DNA of 64,000 nucleotides from Nitrospirota bacterium (GTDB lineage Bacteria; Nitrospirota; UBA9217): NCBI GenBank assembly GCA_963737155.1, contig CAVTRN010000001.1, positions 1,664,001 to 1,728,000 of the forward strand, read 5' to 3'. Shown piece by piece: positions 61,419 to 64,000 of this stretch (position 1 is its first letter; each line of letters starts with the position of its first letter). The notes under the pieces were generated by a model. It saw only the letters and a program-made list of their open reading frames with translations, ran no database searches and was not told where the DNA came from. The position numbers and the translations under genes were made by a program.

Positions 61419-62175
61419 ACTCCCTCCTCTTCTGGATGATCTGGGCCATGACGCTTATGGCGATCTCTTCGGGCGACACGGAGCCGATTGGGAGTCCCAC
61501 CGGAATAATGACTCTTTCGATGTCCTCCGGAGAGAACCCGGCATCCGCGAGCGCTTTGAAGAGCAGGGCCTTTTTGCGTTTGCTTCCGATGAGCCCGATA
61601 TAGCGGGCATCGGTCCTGAGTGTCGCTTTGACCGCGTCCAAGTCGTGGTTGTGGCCACGCGTGGCGATGACAACAAAGGTATTTTCGTCACAGGGCATAT
61701 TGGCGAATGCCTGCACGAACTCCGTTACAAACAGTTCACTCGCGTCGGGAATGTTTTCCCGATTCGCGAATTCCTGCCGGTCATCGATAACGCTTACCCG
61801 GAATCCTGTGAACCGCGCAAGTTTAGACAGCGCTTTCCCCACATGCCCGGCACCCAGGATGATAAGATGTGGTTCGAGGGCGATCGGCTCGATATAAACC
61901 AGCACGGTACCGCCACACACGAGTCCACCCTCCTGTTCCGTGAGCTCGAAGGGGAGGGTAGTGGGCTTGCCGTCCGCTATTGCCATGATTGCGATCTGCA
62001 CCACATCTGCTTCGAGACAGCCGCCGCCTAGGGTGCCCATGATCGATCCGTCATCGCGCACGAGCATTTTGGCGCCCTGCTTTTGGGGGGAAGACCCCCG
62101 GCATTCCACGATCGTAGCGATCGCCGAGGTCCGGCCCAATCGTTTGAGGCGGAGTGCTTCTTCGAAGATTTGCAT
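61333..62175 (-). CDS. xdhC: XdhC/CoxI family Moco chaperone
   Basis: GSSPQ..GAKM, GTLGGGCLE, CGG, GAGHVG, TRGH.HD, GLIGSKRK, P.GL.IG...PEEIA. Confidence 0.92.
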   Translation of the reverse strand: MQIFEEALRLKRLGRTSAIATIVECRGSSPQKQGAKMLVRDDGSIMGTLGGGCLEADVVQIAIMAIADGKPTTLPFELTEQEGGLVCGGTVLVYIEPIALEPHLIILGAGHVGKALSKLARFTGFRVSVIDDRQEFANRENIPDASELFVTEFVQAFANMPCDENTFVVIATRGHNHDLDAVKATLRTDARYIGLIGSKRKKALLFKALADAGFSPEDIERVIIPVGLPIGSVSPEEIAISVMAQIIQKRREYGAARLGRAACGRLVPQDGPDKATSPAR

Positions 62176-62334
62176 GGATTACCTCACATCAGGAAAGTCG
62201 AGTTGTCACACGTGATGCATTTGCAATAATAGCACTCCTTCATATAATCCGTCGGCTATTATCAAAGCATGCCGCATGACGTCAGAAGGATTTTACCAAC
62301 CATCTGCGACGCTTTCCTCTGCGGTCGAAAAATA

Positions 62335-64000
62335 TCACCCCTGCTTCAGCGCTGCGAGAACCGTGTCCGGTTTCATTGGTAATTGCCGTAAACGCGCACC
62401 TGTTGCCTTGAACACCGCGTTTGCCACTGCTGGTGCTATCGGCGGTACGCCGGGCTCGCCGATGCCGCCAAGCCTGTCGCCGCTCTTCACGATGTGCACG
62501 TCTACTTCGGGTGACTCGATCATGCGTAGCAGTTCATAGTCGCCAAAGTTCTCCGATTTGATCCCGCCGTTTGCGATTTCGATTTTTTCCTTGAGGGCCG
62601 CACTGAGACCCATGGTGAGACCGCCCATCATCTGCGCTGACACGATCACGGGGTTCACCACGGGGCCGCAGTCAACGGCGCAGGTTACCTTGTGCACTTT
62701 AATGACGCCGCTTTCCCTGTCCACCGATACCTCCGCTACTTCTGCAACATAGCTCCCGAAAGATGGATGATAGGCGATTCCCCGCGCCTCGCCTTTTGTC
62801 AGCGGTTTCCCCCATCCTGCTTTTTCAGCGGCAGTTTCAAGCACCCTTGTCGCCTGCGGGTGGTTCCTCAGCAGGCCGAGTCTGAATTCGAGTGGGTCCT
62901 TTGCTGCCGCATGAGCAAGTTCATCGATAAAGCTTTCAACGGTGAAGGCGTTGTGTGAGCTTCCCACAGAACGCCAGAAGCCGACAGGGACAGGTGTGTC
63001 GACCCGCACATACTCGATAGCAATATTCGGGAACTCGTATTCCATATTTTCGAGCCCCTCCACGGCCGCATTGTCGATTCCGTTCTTAAGCATGGAGGGG
63101 AAAACACGGGCAAAGATCGAGGGACAGACAATTTTGTGTGACCATGCGGTCGCGTGGCCCTGGTCATCAACGGCGCCTTGTATTCTCGACAGGTTCATGG
63201 GACGGTAAAGATCGTGTTGCATATCCTCTTCCCGCTTCCACAGGAGTTTGATAGGCTTACCCGTTGACTTCGACAGAAACAGCGCTTCCTCCACGAAATC
63301 AGTCTCGAATCGCCTGCCGAATCCGCCACCCAGGAACGTGGTATGGACATGGATTTGTTCGGGCTTGAGGCCCGTTAGCTTGACCGCCAGGTTGAGCACG
63401 CCGGTCTGATTTTGCGTCGGAGCCCAGATGTCGCAGCTGTTAGGGCGCACATGGACAGTACAGTTCATGGGCTCCATAGTCGCGTGAGAGAGATAGGGCA
63501 GTTGATATACTGCTGTGAGCTTTTTCACCGCTGCATCGAGTGCACGGGCTACGTCACCGTCGTTGCGGGCAATGAGACCTGTTGCATCGAGGCGGGCCGT
63601 AAAATCCTTTTCGAGTGACTCATTGCTCAGGGTCGGATATCGCCCGTTCTCCCACTTCGGTATCAGCGCATCGCGGCCCTGCCAGGCCGCGTCAAGAGAG
63701 TCCGCGCAGACTGCCATTCCACTGTGGGTCGATACGATTGCTTTCACACCTGGTACGGCCTGTGCCGCGTCTCTGTTATATGAGGCGAGGTCTGCCTCGT
63801 AGGCCGGCGGTCGGGCAATGGCCGCATAGAGCATGCCGGGCACAAAGGAGTCAATTCCGAAGGGGGCCGTGCCATTCACTTTATCGGGAATATCGAGCCG
63901 AGGAATGTCCTTGCCGATGTAGCGCAACTGACTCTCTTTTTTAAGCACGGGATTCTGTGGAATTTCAAGTCTCGCTGCGTCTGCGGCAAGTTCGCCGTAT
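62335..64000 (-). CDS. Xanthine dehydrogenase-family molybdopterin-binding subunit (IorB-like), 5' end outside window
   Basis: HATMEPMN, LGGGFGRR, GFWRSV, GGIGEPG.PP.APAVANA; frame open to the window edge. Confidence 0.93.
   Translation of the reverse strand, partial: YGELAADAARLEIPQNPVLKKESQLRYIGKDIPRLDIPDKVNGTAPFGIDSFVPGMLYAAIARPPAYEADLASYNRDAAQAVPGVKAIVSTHSGMAVCADSLDAAWQGRDALIPKWENGRYPTLSNESLEKDFTARLDATGLIARNDGDVARALDAAVKKLTAVYQLPYLSHATMEPMNCTVHVRPNSCDIWAPTQNQTGVLNLAVKLTGLKPEQIHVHTTFLGGGFGRRFETDFVEEALFLSKSTGKPIKLLWKREEDMQHDLYRPMNLSRIQGAVDDQGHATAWSHKIVCPSIFARVFPSMLKNGIDNAAVEGLENMEYEFPNIAIEYVRVDTPVPVGFWRSVGSSHNAFTVESFIDELAHAAAKDPLEFRLGLLRNHPQATRVLETAAEKAGWGKPLTKGEARGIAYHPSFGSYVAEVAEVSVDRESGVIKVHKVTCAVDCGPVVNPVIVSAQMMGGLTMGLSAALKEKIEIANGGIKSENFGDYELLRMIESPEVDVHIVKSGDRLGGIGEPGVPPIAPAVANAVFKATGARLRQLPMKPDTVLAALKQG

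Noticed and set aside
61195-62031. 278-aa plus-strand ORF, and similar long antisense ORFs over glnA, norB, murJ and transposases
   Set aside because: Shadow frames of well-supported genes on the opposite strand, with no recognisable motifs
1-64000. CRISPR array, rRNA, intact tRNA or tmRNA gene
   Set aside because: I saw no regularly spaced repeats or full cloverleaf; only 3'-end fragments at the att-like sites

Overview
Mosaic, heavily eroded accessory region of a Gram-negative, probably anaerobic bacterium (gene content suggests Desulfobacterota/Nitrospirota-like; this is inference only). Left end: kdpB(partial)-kdpC, a glnB remnant, intact glnA, and a PLP amino-acid decarboxylase fused to a GlnA-derived N-terminus. 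From about 10.8 to 26.8 kb are tandem island segments. Each ends in an att-like repeat carrying GGGGGTA arm motifs and the tmRNA/tRNA-type 3' end CCGCCTCCACCA. Their cargo includes a 946-aa RelE-like/SF1 helicase/ankyrin protein, three TA pairs, an ECF sigma/anti-sigma module, and tandem cobalamin riboswitches ahead of cbiMN and a porin. Further right are norCB (two-heme NorC), patatin, a TDT transporter, USP, murJ, dus, mltA and an iorB-xdhC-mocA molybdoenzyme cluster. Six complete IS elements have ends readable in the sequence (2x IS1182, 2x ISL3 and IS256 with target duplications; one IS1111-type IS110 element), and there are more than 15 pseudogene fragments. Main highlights: (1) the IS1111-type element, whose downstream non-coding RNA visibly contains guides matching its own target and its donor junction; (2) the RelE-helicase-ankyrin protein as a candidate single-gene defence system; (3) the GlnA::decarboxylase chimera; (4) the tandem att array. 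All family calls are from motif recognition, without database searches.
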